Assembly (NCBI GenBank): GCA_016182555.1
Contig: JACPGJ010000008.1
Location: 156,272 to 220,271 of the forward strand
Source of the DNA: Candidatus Kerfeldbacteria bacterium
GTDB taxonomy: Bacteria > Patescibacteriota > Patescibacteriia > UBA9570 > XYC2-FULL-38-9
Direction: 5' to 3'
Length of the DNA stretch: 64,000 nucleotides
Position 1 is the first letter of the stretch; the number at the start of each line of letters is the position of its first letter. Below the pieces are notes generated by a model, which was not told the origin of the DNA, did no database searches, and saw only the letters and a program-made list of their open reading frames with translations. Positions 1-9,167 of this stretch are shown here, one piece after another. A program made the position numbers and the translations under genes.

Positions 1-1813
1 CACGTTTTTGTACGATTTGAGCACCGTTGACAAAAACACGAACGAGTTTACCGTTACTCACTATTAAACGCGTAGCATCTGCGCTGAGTACAAAGATAAA
101 ATTATTTTTTCCGCCAAATGGAGTAATCGTTTGTGATGATTCGTCATCATAAAAAATAGTCACTGTTCCATCGTCATTTTGAACAACATCAGTCATCACC
201 GATATTTCCTCCTCCTCTTCTACTGGTGCTTCGGCAACCACCGTTACTGTTCGAGTGACGCTGTTGGTTGTATAACCATCATTTGCTGTATACGTGATGG
301 TATAAACACCAGCGATATCAGTCTGCACCGGGTTATCCACTGTCACTATCGCGCTTGGGTTACAAACGTCAGTCAGAATCACTCCAGGATCAGTGAACTC
401 CGATCCTTGTTCTACTTCCATTTCCGCATCACCAACAAGCACTAACTCTGAAACAGTCGTATCTTCTACAACCACCTGGCGTGTTTCGGTGCCAGTATTT
501 CCAACACTATCCGTTGCCGTATACGTAATAGTATAGGTATCTGGTATGGTCGTATCAACAGAACCGCTCGTTTGGACAGCGGTAGTCGTTCCAAAAAAAC
601 TATCCTCATTATCCGTTGCGGTTGCGCCGGGATCAGTAAACGTATCTACCGCGCATTCCACGGTGTTCACTTCTGCCGTATTCGTAGTCACACTAATGGA
701 AGGATTGGTATTATCTGCTTCGTATGCACCAACATCACAGGCGCTATTGTCCGGCCGCGACCACCCACGCTGGTCTTCTGTGAGTGGATCACCATTTTGA
801 TCTGTACAACTGCTACTTGGGATAGCATCAATCGCTGGGGAATCTTGATCTAGAGCAATGGTGAACGTTGATCCACCATGATCTTGTAAACCAACTGTAT
901 CAAACTGTGGATCAGTGCTATTCTGATCCGTTGATTGGTTAAAACCACAGCTGGTTCCTGTATCCACATTATATCCAAGCGAATCCATACCGCCACTACA
1001 CCCCCCATCAATAATAGTGTTGCTCACAGTTAAACTGTGGTCCGTAAACAGATTGTCACCATCTTCGCCAGCGGTATTGCCGGTGATGGTTGAATGGCGA
1101 ATCACCATAGTTGACTCATTATCAATACCACCACCATAATTATTTGTCGCAATATTTTCTGTGATAGTTGTATTGATTATTGTGAATAGACTTGAACCGC
1201 CCGATTCATTACTGACTCCTCCACCACGACTGAACGCGGTATTATTGCGAATCAATGATTGGTCAATCGTTAATATGGCACTGTCATTGCCAACACCACC
1301 GGCACAATTGATCGTTGTGTTATCTTCTATAATGGTTCGCTGTAGGGTTACGGTCACACCCACCGTCATGACTCCTCCACCACAATCTGCTAAATTCCCA
1401 CCGGTAATAGTTACGTCGCTCATCGTCGATGTACCTGCGGTATGCAGATGAAAAACTCGATCAATACCATTGCCATCGATAGTGGTTGTTTGTGCACCTG
1501 CGCCACTCAACGTCATACTACTCGTGATATCTAAATCTCCGGTCGCCGCTGCATTTTCATCTTGACCGGCAATACTCAACGTATAGGTTCCACTTGGCAG
1601 GGTAATGGTATCATCTTCACCATTGGCATTTGCTGCAATGACGGCTTCACGCAAAGAACAATCAGTATCACAGGTGCCATCAGCGGTATCAACTGTTTTA
1701 CTCACCGTAAATGTTGCGGCAGAAACGGCAGAAGTATAACCAAAAAATACACCAAAAAAAATGAGGAATAGAATGACCGGTAAACAAGTGGGGTGGTGTC
1801 GATAAAGACGCAT
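1..1813 (-). CDS. Secreted CSLREA-motif / right-handed parallel beta-helix repeat protein; N-terminal part only, C-terminus lies beyond window start
   Basis: Reverse translation from ATG at 1811-1813 gives MRLYRHHPTCLPVILFLIFFGVFFGYTSAVSAATFTVSKTVDTADGTCDTDCSLREAVIAANANGEDD..., i.e. signal peptide then the CSLREA motif then repeated ...TITGN/...IDGN/...RNN beta-helix-like units. No stop before position 1. The + strand ORFs listed at 179-1771 are shadows of this gene. Confidence 0.6.
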   Translation of the reverse strand, partial: MRLYRHHPTCLPVILFLIFFGVFFGYTSAVSAATFTVSKTVDTADGTCDTDCSLREAVIAANANGEDDTITLPSGTYTLSIAGQDENAAATGDLDITSSMTLSGAGAQTTTIDGNGIDRVFHLHTAGTSTMSDVTITGGNLADCGGGVMTVGVTVTLQRTIIEDNTTINCAGGVGNDSAILTIDQSLIRNNTAFSRGGGVSNESGGSSLFTIINTTITENIATNNYGGGIDNESTMVIRHSTITGNTAGEDGDNLFTDHSLTVSNTIIDGGCSGGMDSLGYNVDTGTSCGFNQSTDQNSTDPQFDTVGLQDHGGSTFTIALDQDSPAIDAIPSSSCTDQNGDPLTEDQRGWSRPDNSACDVGAYEADNTNPSISVTTNTAEVNTVECAVDTFTDPGATATDNEDSFFGTTTAVQTSGSVDTTIPDTYTITYTATDSVGNTGTETRQVVVEDTTVSELVLVGDAEMEVEQGSEFTDPGVILTDVCNPSAIVTVDNPVQTDIAGVYTITYTANDGYTTNSVTRTVTVVAEAPVEEEEEISVMTDVVQNDDGTVTIFYDDESSQTITPFGGKNNFIFVLSADATRLIVSNGKLVRVFVNGAQIVQKR

Positions 1814-1846
1814 ATAATAAATTTAGTTAATTCAAATATATATAGA

Positions 1847-2866
1847 TTATACAGGAGAAAACACTTTTTTACTACTTTCCCAAAACCGATCATCGTGCTG
1901 TTGCTGCTTCATCCAATACCACCATTCAACGCCCCACAGATACACTTCCGAAAAACCGGTGCGCCGTGCATAATCAATATTTTTTTCAAAATCATCAATA
2001 TCCATGGTTTTATATTGATCTTGCAAGGAAGCGGACAACACTGATTCTGGAACCCAAGGTTCGGCTTGCAGTTCAGTAACAATCACATTTTGCACTAATG
2101 GTTGAATAAACTTTGCTTTCAGGCGGTACATCGCTGGCGGCACTGGGTAACGAAAATATCCAAACCACGGATTCCATGTTGTCCGATACATGCTAATACC
2201 TAAAACATCGGCATCACGCGAGGTGCGAATCCATAAACCGAGTTCTCCGCTATCGGTGACGACTACTGGATGCGTTGGATCAAGAGTTTTCACGCGCTGA
2301 ATGATTGCGGAAATAAAATCATTATCTGGTTTTGGGCACTCACCAAAAGCTGTAAAAAATGGTTCGTTTTCCACTTGCCACCGCTGTAACGCCGGAGCAT
2401 CTTTCAACTGGTTCACCACGGTTTCTATCATTGTTGTTTCCGCCGCATGCATTTGGTCTTGCGAAAAATTCGTTGTCCATTGTGGGGCATGGCATTCTGG
2501 CCAGCGTGGTACACGCATACCAACCGCAAGAATAATTTTGGCATCGCGCTTGTTGGCCTCATCCAGGATCCATTGGATATCAGACAAATGAACATCACCC
2601 GGAGATTGTTCAATATCATTCCAATACACCGGAATGCGGAACTTTCGTATACCTAATTGATCAAGCGCTGCAATATATAATTCTTTCCAATCCAGCCCAA
2701 GATACGTAGCATATTGTGTGCTCAATGTCACTCCGAATTCAGTTTGCAATCCAGCAGTCGCATCTGTTTGATGTTGATTCCAAAAAAAGACCGCACCACC
2801 AATAACAATAATAACCACAGGAATGAGCAAGTATCGAAGTTTATGATGATGGGTTTCCGTATTCAT
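1847..2866 (-). CDS. Glycoside hydrolase, clan GH-A (GH5/GH113-like TIM barrel) with N-terminal membrane anchor
   Basis: WQVENEPF (NEP acid/base motif) and downstream IVTELQAEPW (nucleophile TEL) typical of GH5-type enzymes; single N-terminal TM helix. Start moved to internal Met at 2864-2866 (MNTETHHHK...) to limit overlap with the GH1 gene; overlap is then 26 nt. Confidence 0.6.
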   Translation of the reverse strand: MNTETHHHKLRYLLIPVVIIVIGGAVFFWNQHQTDATAGLQTEFGVTLSTQYATYLGLDWKELYIAALDQLGIRKFRIPVYWNDIEQSPGDVHLSDIQWILDEANKRDAKIILAVGMRVPRWPECHAPQWTTNFSQDQMHAAETTMIETVVNQLKDAPALQRWQVENEPFFTAFGECPKPDNDFISAIIQRVKTLDPTHPVVVTDSGELGLWIRTSRDADVLGISMYRTTWNPWFGYFRYPVPPAMYRLKAKFIQPLVQNVIVTELQAEPWVPESVLSASLQDQYKTMDIDDFEKNIDYARRTGFSEVYLWGVEWWYWMKQQQHDDRFWESSKKVFSPV

Positions 2867-4232
2867 CTGTGTCGGTATTTTTTTCCAATAATTCTTCTTC
2901 GAGTAACGGCTCCTCCGGACGCGCTCCATGGCCGATGAACCGCAATAGATCATGGGTAATCGCATTCTCTTTACAAATGTGTGCATACAAATAGCTACTC
3001 GGACGAGGTGTACGCTTCAAAGTTTTATAATCCACCTCAACTAAGCCAAAACGTGGTTCAAACCCTTTATCCCATTCAAAATTATCGAGCAGGGACCAAT
3101 AAAAATACCCTCGCACATCCACTCCCGCTTTGATCGCATGATACACTTCCTTTAAGTGGGACACGATGAAACGCGACCGTTTATCATCATTCACTGCCGC
3201 AATCCCATTCTCGGTAATATACATGGGTAATCCATATTTTTGTAAATCAATAAGCACTTCAAAAATGCCGGGCGCATAAATTTCCCACCCAAGATCTGAA
3301 CTTTCGCGTTTTTCTTTGCGTGTACTCACAAAAATATATTTTCCGTCGTGGTTTCGGCGTACACGTTGATGAAAATAATAATTTACACCAATAAAATCGT
3401 GCGTACCTTTGGTGAAGGTGAAAAAAAGATCGTTCCAAACATATTCGGAAAAACGCACATAGAGATAATCACGAAATGTTTTTCTGTACGATACAAGCGA
3501 AATGACATTTTGGGCAATACCCACGCGTGCACGACGATGCTGTTTATTCATTTCTGCATGAATTTCACGATACGCTAATTTGTGTCCCTGGGCGAGGTGC
3601 CGGAACACCCGAAACCCTTTGAAAAAACTTTTCGTTTCCGGTGGCCACTCGGCAACCGCATACCCTTGCACCGTGTAAATCACCGGTTCGTTAATGGTGA
3701 TCCAAAAATCGATATACTCTCCTAAGTGTTCGGCGATGAATTCTGCGTACCGCGCAAAGGCCGCTGCTGTATGGTGATTTTCCCACCCACCACTTTCTGC
3801 AATCCAGACTGGATTTGTAAAATGATGCAGCGTTACCATCGTTTTTATTTTCCGTTTTTTTAGTGCTTTCAGTACTGCGCGATAGTGGTCAACCTCTTCC
3901 CAATTCCACTCTCGCTCTCTTGGTTCAATGCGGCTCCACTCAATGGAAAACCGGTGCGCATTATGGTGACTTGCTGCCGCGATATCAAAATCTTCTTCAA
4001 AACGATGGTAATGATCTGTGGCTTTACTTGACCGGTCATCGTTTTTTATTTTCCCGCGTTTTTGTTCCCACGCCCACCAATCGTTATGAATATTTCCCCC
4101 TTCCACTTGGTGAGCAGAGGTAGAGGCTCCCCATAAAAACCCTTTAGGGAAACGAAGCGATTCATGTGAGTGCCCGTTATGCGATAAGGTTTTTTTTCTT
4201 TTTGTTTTTTTTACCATACCGCTGTTATGCAT
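2841..4232 (-). CDS. GH1 family beta-glucosidase
   Basis: FPKGFLWGASTSAHQVEGG N-terminal GH1 signature, acid/base NEP in TINEP, nucleophile YITENG, C-terminal YFYWSLLDNFEW; 463 aa, ends TAA at 2841-2843. Confidence 0.9.
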   Translation of the reverse strand: MHNSGMVKKTKRKKTLSHNGHSHESLRFPKGFLWGASTSAHQVEGGNIHNDWWAWEQKRGKIKNDDRSSKATDHYHRFEEDFDIAAASHHNAHRFSIEWSRIEPREREWNWEEVDHYRAVLKALKKRKIKTMVTLHHFTNPVWIAESGGWENHHTAAAFARYAEFIAEHLGEYIDFWITINEPVIYTVQGYAVAEWPPETKSFFKGFRVFRHLAQGHKLAYREIHAEMNKQHRRARVGIAQNVISLVSYRKTFRDYLYVRFSEYVWNDLFFTFTKGTHDFIGVNYYFHQRVRRNHDGKYIFVSTRKEKRESSDLGWEIYAPGIFEVLIDLQKYGLPMYITENGIAAVNDDKRSRFIVSHLKEVYHAIKAGVDVRGYFYWSLLDNFEWDKGFEPRFGLVEVDYKTLKRTPRPSSYLYAHICKENAITHDLLRFIGHGARPEEPLLEEELLEKNTDTDEYGNPSS

Positions 4233-5142
4233 TGATCGCCACTAATGCCAAACCAGCACCAATAATAATGACCGCAATTGATTTTAATACTAGTTCTTTC
4301 TGCGTCATGCTTTCTGTAATAAATTGCGGATATTTGATGCTGCCAATCATTGCCATGATAAGTAAAAACGCATATTGCACACCCTGCATCGCATTTACTA
4401 GAGCGACCGGCGCCAAGGAGATAGCATAATTCACACATAAAAACCCAATTCCGCCACCAAGTTGAGAACCCATATAGGGAAACGCTTCTTTGTGCGTATA
4501 GAGTGAAAATACACGCATAATATTCTTACGATGTTTGGCTACCAAAAGAAAAATAAGGACAAACAAAAACGTTCCAATGCGCATCCAAATAAATGCGGAA
4601 AGAAAAGGTTGATGGTCGAAGGCGGCTTTTGTCATCACAAAACAGATTGCGAAAAAAAGCGCAGCGATGATGCCGAGAATCCATGCGTTCATTTGTTGGT
4701 GGTGTTTTCGTGCGCTTGGTTTCTTTTTTTTGAGTTCCAGAGTAATGAAGAACGTTCCAAATACCAACACACCAAAAGCGAAGAGTTGATTCAGAGAGAA
4801 CTGGCCATGCAAAAAGAGTATTTCAAGGATTAAGGTGAATATAGGAATTGCTGCGCCAATGAATGGCACAACGCGAGATGTTTCACCACTGGCGAGCGCA
4901 AGAAAAAACGTGAGCAAGGAGAGCGCAAAAAAAATGCCGGTGCAGAGATTCAACGCCAGCTGTGTATTGCTGGGGAGTTCAAAGCCAAAGGGAATAAAGA
5001 CAAGCGAAATCAGACCAAGCAAACCAACATGAAATGTAAACGCGTATGGATCTTTAATCGATTTCGTGAGTACAATTTTATCCAACACAAAAGAGATAGC
5101 GTTGAAGAAGTGCCCAATCAGCACGGCGATGATCCAATTCAT
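4225..5142 (-). CDS. EamA/DMT-superfamily permease (10 TM)
   Basis: Polytopic membrane protein with duplicated EamA-like halves; start set to Met at 5140-5142 (MNWIIAVLIGHFF) to avoid overlap with the divergent udk start at 5202. Confidence 0.65.
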   Translation of the reverse strand: MNWIIAVLIGHFFNAISFVLDKIVLTKSIKDPYAFTFHVGLLGLISLVFIPFGFELPSNTQLALNLCTGIFFALSLLTFFLALASGETSRVVPFIGAAIPIFTLILEILFLHGQFSLNQLFAFGVLVFGTFFITLELKKKKPSARKHHQQMNAWILGIIAALFFAICFVMTKAAFDHQPFLSAFIWMRIGTFLFVLIFLLVAKHRKNIMRVFSLYTHKEAFPYMGSQLGGGIGFLCVNYAISLAPVALVNAMQGVQYAFLLIMAMIGSIKYPQFITESMTQKELVLKSIAVIIIGAGLALVAINA

Positions 5143-5201
5143 GGATGATAGTATACCAGAAAATTGTTTTTTTAGAAAAAATATGATAGGAAGAAGCGGA
5201 T

Positions 5202-5855
5202 ATGTTTCATGCACAAAAACCATTTATCGTTGGCCTCGCTGGAGGATCAGGGTCAGGAAAAACAACGCTCTCCAAAATTATTGCCACGTTTATTCCCTGG
5301 CAAACGACGATTGTTCCACTTGACCAATTTTATGCTGATCTCACACATCTCACCCTCGAACAACGCAAAACGGTGAATTTCGATGACCCGAAAAGTATAG
5401 ATATGGAATTAGCACAAATGGTATTGGCGAACTTACGTGAAGGCCATGCTGCAGAAATGCCGATATACGATTTTGCTGTCTATAATCGTTCTCGGAAAAC
5501 ACAAACGCTCTCCCCTGCTCCAATTATTTTATTTGAAGGAATGCATACACTGTATCACTTACCGTTATTGGAGCTCTATGACGTTACTATTTTTTTAAAC
5601 ATTGATGAGGAAACTCGGTGGAAACGAAAATTGGAACGCGATATTGCGGAGCGCGGTCGCACCTACCAAGATGTGCTACAAATGTGGCAACGGTATACCA
5701 AACCAATGCACGATGTGTATGTTCAACCGAGTTTTACCCGAGCAGATTTAGTGTTCACGGATACCTTTGCGCCACGCGTGATTGAAGTGATCACCAACGA
5801 AATACGCCACCGCGTACACATGAAACACAACGTCACGGGAGAGATGCCGGAATAG
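5202..5855 (+). CDS. udk: Uridine kinase
   Basis: P-loop GLAGGSGSGKTT at N-terminus, uridine kinase/PRK family body; ends TAG at 5853-5855. Confidence 0.85.
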   Translation: MFHAQKPFIVGLAGGSGSGKTTLSKIIATFIPWQTTIVPLDQFYADLTHLTLEQRKTVNFDDPKSIDMELAQMVLANLREGHAAEMPIYDFAVYNRSRKTQTLSPAPIILFEGMHTLYHLPLLELYDVTIFLNIDEETRWKRKLERDIAERGRTYQDVLQMWQRYTKPMHDVYVQPSFTRADLVFTDTFAPRVIEVITNEIRHRVHMKHNVTGEMPE

Positions 5856-6317
5856 CTAATCTTGCATCAAGTGATAGAGAATAATTCCACCCGCAATAGA
5901 AACATTGAGTGATTCTTTTTTTCCGAACATCGGAATATCCACAACTAGGTCACACGTGTTGATCACCTCGTCAGAAAGACCCGTCACTTCATTTCCAAAA
6001 ATCACCGCCACTTTTTGTGAATATTCTGCTTTTTTATAATGTACACTTTCTGGTGTCTGTTCCACAGCCACAATTTGAAAACCTTCTGCGCGTAATTTTG
6101 CGATGACTGATAATACGTCTTCATGATATTCCCACGGCACAACTGCTTCTGCACCAAGAGATACTTTCACCAAATGCGGGTGCGGAGGCGCAGCGGTAAT
6201 TCCGGTGAGATATATTTTCGAAACTCCAGCCCCATCGCTCGTGCGAAAAAACGACCCGGTATTATGGGTGGAACGAATATCTGGAAGAATAACCACAACC
6301 GTACGACGAGGAGACAT
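5856..6317 (-). CDS. SpoU/TrmH-family RNA 2'-O-methyltransferase (TrmL-like, ~150 aa)
   Basis: SPOUT fold motifs (VILPDIRSTHNTGSFFRTSDGAGV..., C-terminal knot region LNVSIAGGIILYHL); start set to Met at 6315-6317 (MSPRRT) so it does not overlap the dacA-like stop at 6326. Confidence 0.75.
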   Translation of the reverse strand: MSPRRTVVVILPDIRSTHNTGSFFRTSDGAGVSKIYLTGITAAPPHPHLVKVSLGAEAVVPWEYHEDVLSVIAKLRAEGFQIVAVEQTPESVHYKKAEYSQKVAVIFGNEVTGLSDEVINTCDLVVDIPMFGKKESLNVSIAGGIILYHLMQD

Positions 6318-6325
6318 AAAAATAA

Positions 6326-7618
6326 TTAGTAATTCTGAAATGTCCAATTAGCGAACGTCCACTGTGCAAGACCATACACTTCATCAAAAATAGTTCCATA
6401 TTCAGGGTTACCCAGTAAGCACAGCACAATTTCGTGGCCAGTCGTTTTTTCTTTCAAATCAATCACGAGCGTTCGGTCTGCGCTGCCAGGGTAATACCCA
6501 GTTTTGAAGCCAACCACATCATACAACCCTCGACCATCAAAATAATTCGTGGAAAATTCTTCAATCACGCGGCCCGAATTTGCTAATGTAAAGGTATACT
6601 TGCTGGTGTTTGCTGCCGTGCCATAAATATCAGGATATTGGTGAAAAACCATATTTGCTAAACGGGCGATATTACCAGCAGTGGAAATATCTGCTGCATC
6701 GAGCCCGGTCGGTTCCACAAAATGCGTACGATGCAAACCCAGTTCTTGCATACGTGTATTCACCTGCTGCATAAATGCATTACGGGACATTGGTGTACTG
6801 TTGGCGAGAGTTTCTGCCATGTTATTTGCCGAAGGAATCAGTGTGCTATACAGCACTTGTTGCAATGTTAACTGGTCACCATTCTCCAATGCTATTTCAG
6901 AACCAATGTGGTCGTAGGCCGTAGTATAACTGACGGTCCGGTCAAGATTGGGTTGCGATTCTAAAAACACCAGTGTCGTGGCCAGTTTCGTAATAGAAGC
7001 AATGTGGCGCTGCTTACTGGCTTCTTCTCGGTACAAAAATGCACCACTTTTAGCGTCAATAACTGCGCCCGTGTCTGAATGTGGTAAACCAGGATATTGA
7101 ACAAAATTGGTATTCGCTATTGGTGTTTCGAATTTGCGACGATTTTTTGCCACAATAATATTTCCTGTTTCTTCGGTGACCACCGCTTGAGCATAATGAG
7201 CCGATTTATTTGTCACCGTTCGTAATTTCTGCCACGGAGCACCATCATTTGTTTGGTAAAAAATCTGTTTCTGTTTTTGGTCGGAGGTTCCAGAGCGATA
7301 ATATAAACGTACAACAATATCTTTCGTTGGTGCTTGGCTAAAGCTGTACTGGAACAAATGATTTCTTGAACGGTAATGCCTTGGTAATTGAGCTGAATCA
7401 ATTTTACCAAGATCATGCACGACAATATCAGTAGCAGAAGGAAATACGCCATTTTGCACATGAAACTCTCCTGCTGGGAAAAGCACCAAAGCGCCGCTAC
7501 TCTGGGCGTTTTCATAGGGAATGTGTGCTGTCGTTTTGGCAAACGCAGAAGGCGCTATAAGAAAAAGCATAGCCAGTAGCAATACAACACTGAAATGTGT
7601 GGGGCGTATTGTGAACAT
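6326..7618 (-). CDS. Serine-type D-Ala-D-Ala carboxypeptidase (peptidase S11, PBP5/6-like), secreted
   Basis: Signal peptide; SxxK (ASITKL), SxN (IPSANN) and KTG (GFKTGYY) active-site triad motifs in correct order. Confidence 0.8.
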   Translation of the reverse strand: MFTIRPTHFSVVLLLAMLFLIAPSAFAKTTAHIPYENAQSSGALVLFPAGEFHVQNGVFPSATDIVVHDLGKIDSAQLPRHYRSRNHLFQYSFSQAPTKDIVVRLYYRSGTSDQKQKQIFYQTNDGAPWQKLRTVTNKSAHYAQAVVTEETGNIIVAKNRRKFETPIANTNFVQYPGLPHSDTGAVIDAKSGAFLYREEASKQRHIASITKLATTLVFLESQPNLDRTVSYTTAYDHIGSEIALENGDQLTLQQVLYSTLIPSANNMAETLANSTPMSRNAFMQQVNTRMQELGLHRTHFVEPTGLDAADISTAGNIARLANMVFHQYPDIYGTAANTSKYTFTLANSGRVIEEFSTNYFDGRGLYDVVGFKTGYYPGSADRTLVIDLKEKTTGHEIVLCLLGNPEYGTIFDEVYGLAQWTFANWTFQNY

Positions 7619-7643
7619 ACGTCAATAGATTATAATAGAAAAC

Positions 7644-8579
7644 ATGCCAATACGCCAACCACGTCTTTCCACTGTAACCGTACAAAAAAAACAATTTGCA
7701 CAGCGCCTGTTCACGTGGTACACAAAACATGCACGTGATTTACCGTGGCGCCGAACGCACGAACCCTACCGTATTTTGCTTTCTGAAATGATGCTGCAAC
7801 AAACGCAGGTGGATCGGGTTATTGAATATTACACAGCGTGGTTGAAAAAATTTCCGAATGTGAAGGCACTTGCTGCAGCGCCGGTTGGTGAAGTCATTGC
7901 TGCGTGGCAAGGATTAGGATATAACCGCCGAGCATTGTATCTGCACCGCATTGCAAAAACGGTTGTGAGTGAACATGGTGGAAAATTTCCACGCACGCAT
8001 GAAGGGCTATTAGCATTGCCAGGCATTGGGCCATATACCGCTGGAGCAATGATGAGTTTTGCATTTCGTGAGAATGCACCTATTTTGGATACAAATGTAA
8101 AACGCGTGCTGGGAAGAATATTTTTGGGATATAAACGGTTGGCGCGCTCTCGTGAAGATGAATTATGGAAGTTGGCGGGCGCAGTATTGCCGAGCGCAGA
8201 TGTCTATTATTTCAACCAAGCGCTGATGGATTTTGGTTCACTGGTGTGTGTGCAGCGAAAACCAAAATGCTCCGAGTGTCCATTTCAAAACATGTGCAAA
8301 TCGTATCCGAAAATTTTGGATGCGCCCCGTGAAGAATTACGTTTACCGAAAGTGAAGGAAACATTGTATTTTGGTCAACCTCGACGTATTTGGCGTGGCA
8401 AAATTTTGAACTATTTGCATTCGGTAGATACGGTAACTGGTGCGACACCTCTACAAATCGGCCGCGCTATTCAACCAGATTTCTCAACCAGTCGTTTGGC
8501 TTGGTTGCGTAGTGTTATTCAAACACTTGAACATGATACATTAGTGGTCTACAAAAAGAAAAAAATATATTTACCATAA
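7644..8579 (+). CDS. mutY: A/G-specific adenine DNA glycosylase (MutY family)
   Basis: LSEMMLQQTQVDRV motif, HhH-GPD (LPGIGPYTAGA), FeS cluster loop CVQRKPKCSECPFQNMC; C-terminal Nudix-like domain appears short. Confidence 0.8.
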   Translation: MPIRQPRLSTVTVQKKQFAQRLFTWYTKHARDLPWRRTHEPYRILLSEMMLQQTQVDRVIEYYTAWLKKFPNVKALAAAPVGEVIAAWQGLGYNRRALYLHRIAKTVVSEHGGKFPRTHEGLLALPGIGPYTAGAMMSFAFRENAPILDTNVKRVLGRIFLGYKRLARSREDELWKLAGAVLPSADVYYFNQALMDFGSLVCVQRKPKCSECPFQNMCKSYPKILDAPREELRLPKVKETLYFGQPRRIWRGKILNYLHSVDTVTGATPLQIGRAIQPDFSTSRLAWLRSVIQTLEHDTLVVYKKKKIYLP

Positions 8580-8588
8580 TTGTTGCTA

Positions 8589-9167
8589 TTACTCGGCCGC
8601 ATCAACATTCGTATCGGTTGCGGCAGAGTCATTGGTTTCTGCTGGTTTTTTCCAATCGGTTTTTGAAAATACATACTGCGCACCGCTCACCAAATAAACG
8701 GCGGAATCACTCGGCCGCATAGCATAAAAAGTTTGCGGCAATGAACCCGTTTTCCCTACAGTCATTTCCACTATTTGCCCACTATTGAGTGATATTTTTA
8801 CCAACAATTTGGCAGGATCATCTAATCCATACGTTGCCAAATTATTCCCGTTACGCGACACGACTGTTTCAATCATCGTATTATCCACAGCGGCGATAAG
8901 CCTCTCTACCGCGTCACCATCTGCTGCCGCATTATCTGCTGACACGACATACCATTGGGTTCCATCTTTTTTCAAATCCGTTGTGGCGCTGGCGTCAACA
9001 ATCTGCACTGCTGTTACTGTACTCACATCAAAATCGGCAATAAAATCTTTTTCTGATTGCGTGTTCTGTTTCTGTTGTTGCACACGATAACGGTTATATC
9101 CAAAGCCAGCAACAACGACAACAAGAACGGCAACTAATACCAACGTCGTTTTTGTTTGTTTACGCAT
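8589..9167 (-). CDS. DUF4340-like membrane-anchored protein (partner of GldG-type ABC systems)
   Basis: N-terminal TM anchor then soluble domain; sits immediately downstream (8-nt overlap, ATG at 9165-9167) of the GldG-like gene, the conserved position of DUF4340. Confidence 0.5.
   Translation of the reverse strand: MRKQTKTTLVLVAVLVVVVAGFGYNRYRVQQQKQNTQSEKDFIADFDVSTVTAVQIVDASATTDLKKDGTQWYVVSADNAAADGDAVERLIAAVDNTMIETVVSRNGNNLATYGLDDPAKLLVKISLNSGQIVEMTVGKTGSLPQTFYAMRPSDSAVYLVSGAQYVFSKTDWKKPAETNDSAATDTNVDAAE

Noticed and set aside
179-1771. Plus-strand ORFs of 69-96 aa across the first 1.8 kb
   Set aside because: They lie antisense to a continuous minus-strand reading frame encoding a signal peptide, the CSLREA motif and beta-helix repeats; composition (Cys/His/Arg-rich, no motifs) is typical of shadow ORFs.
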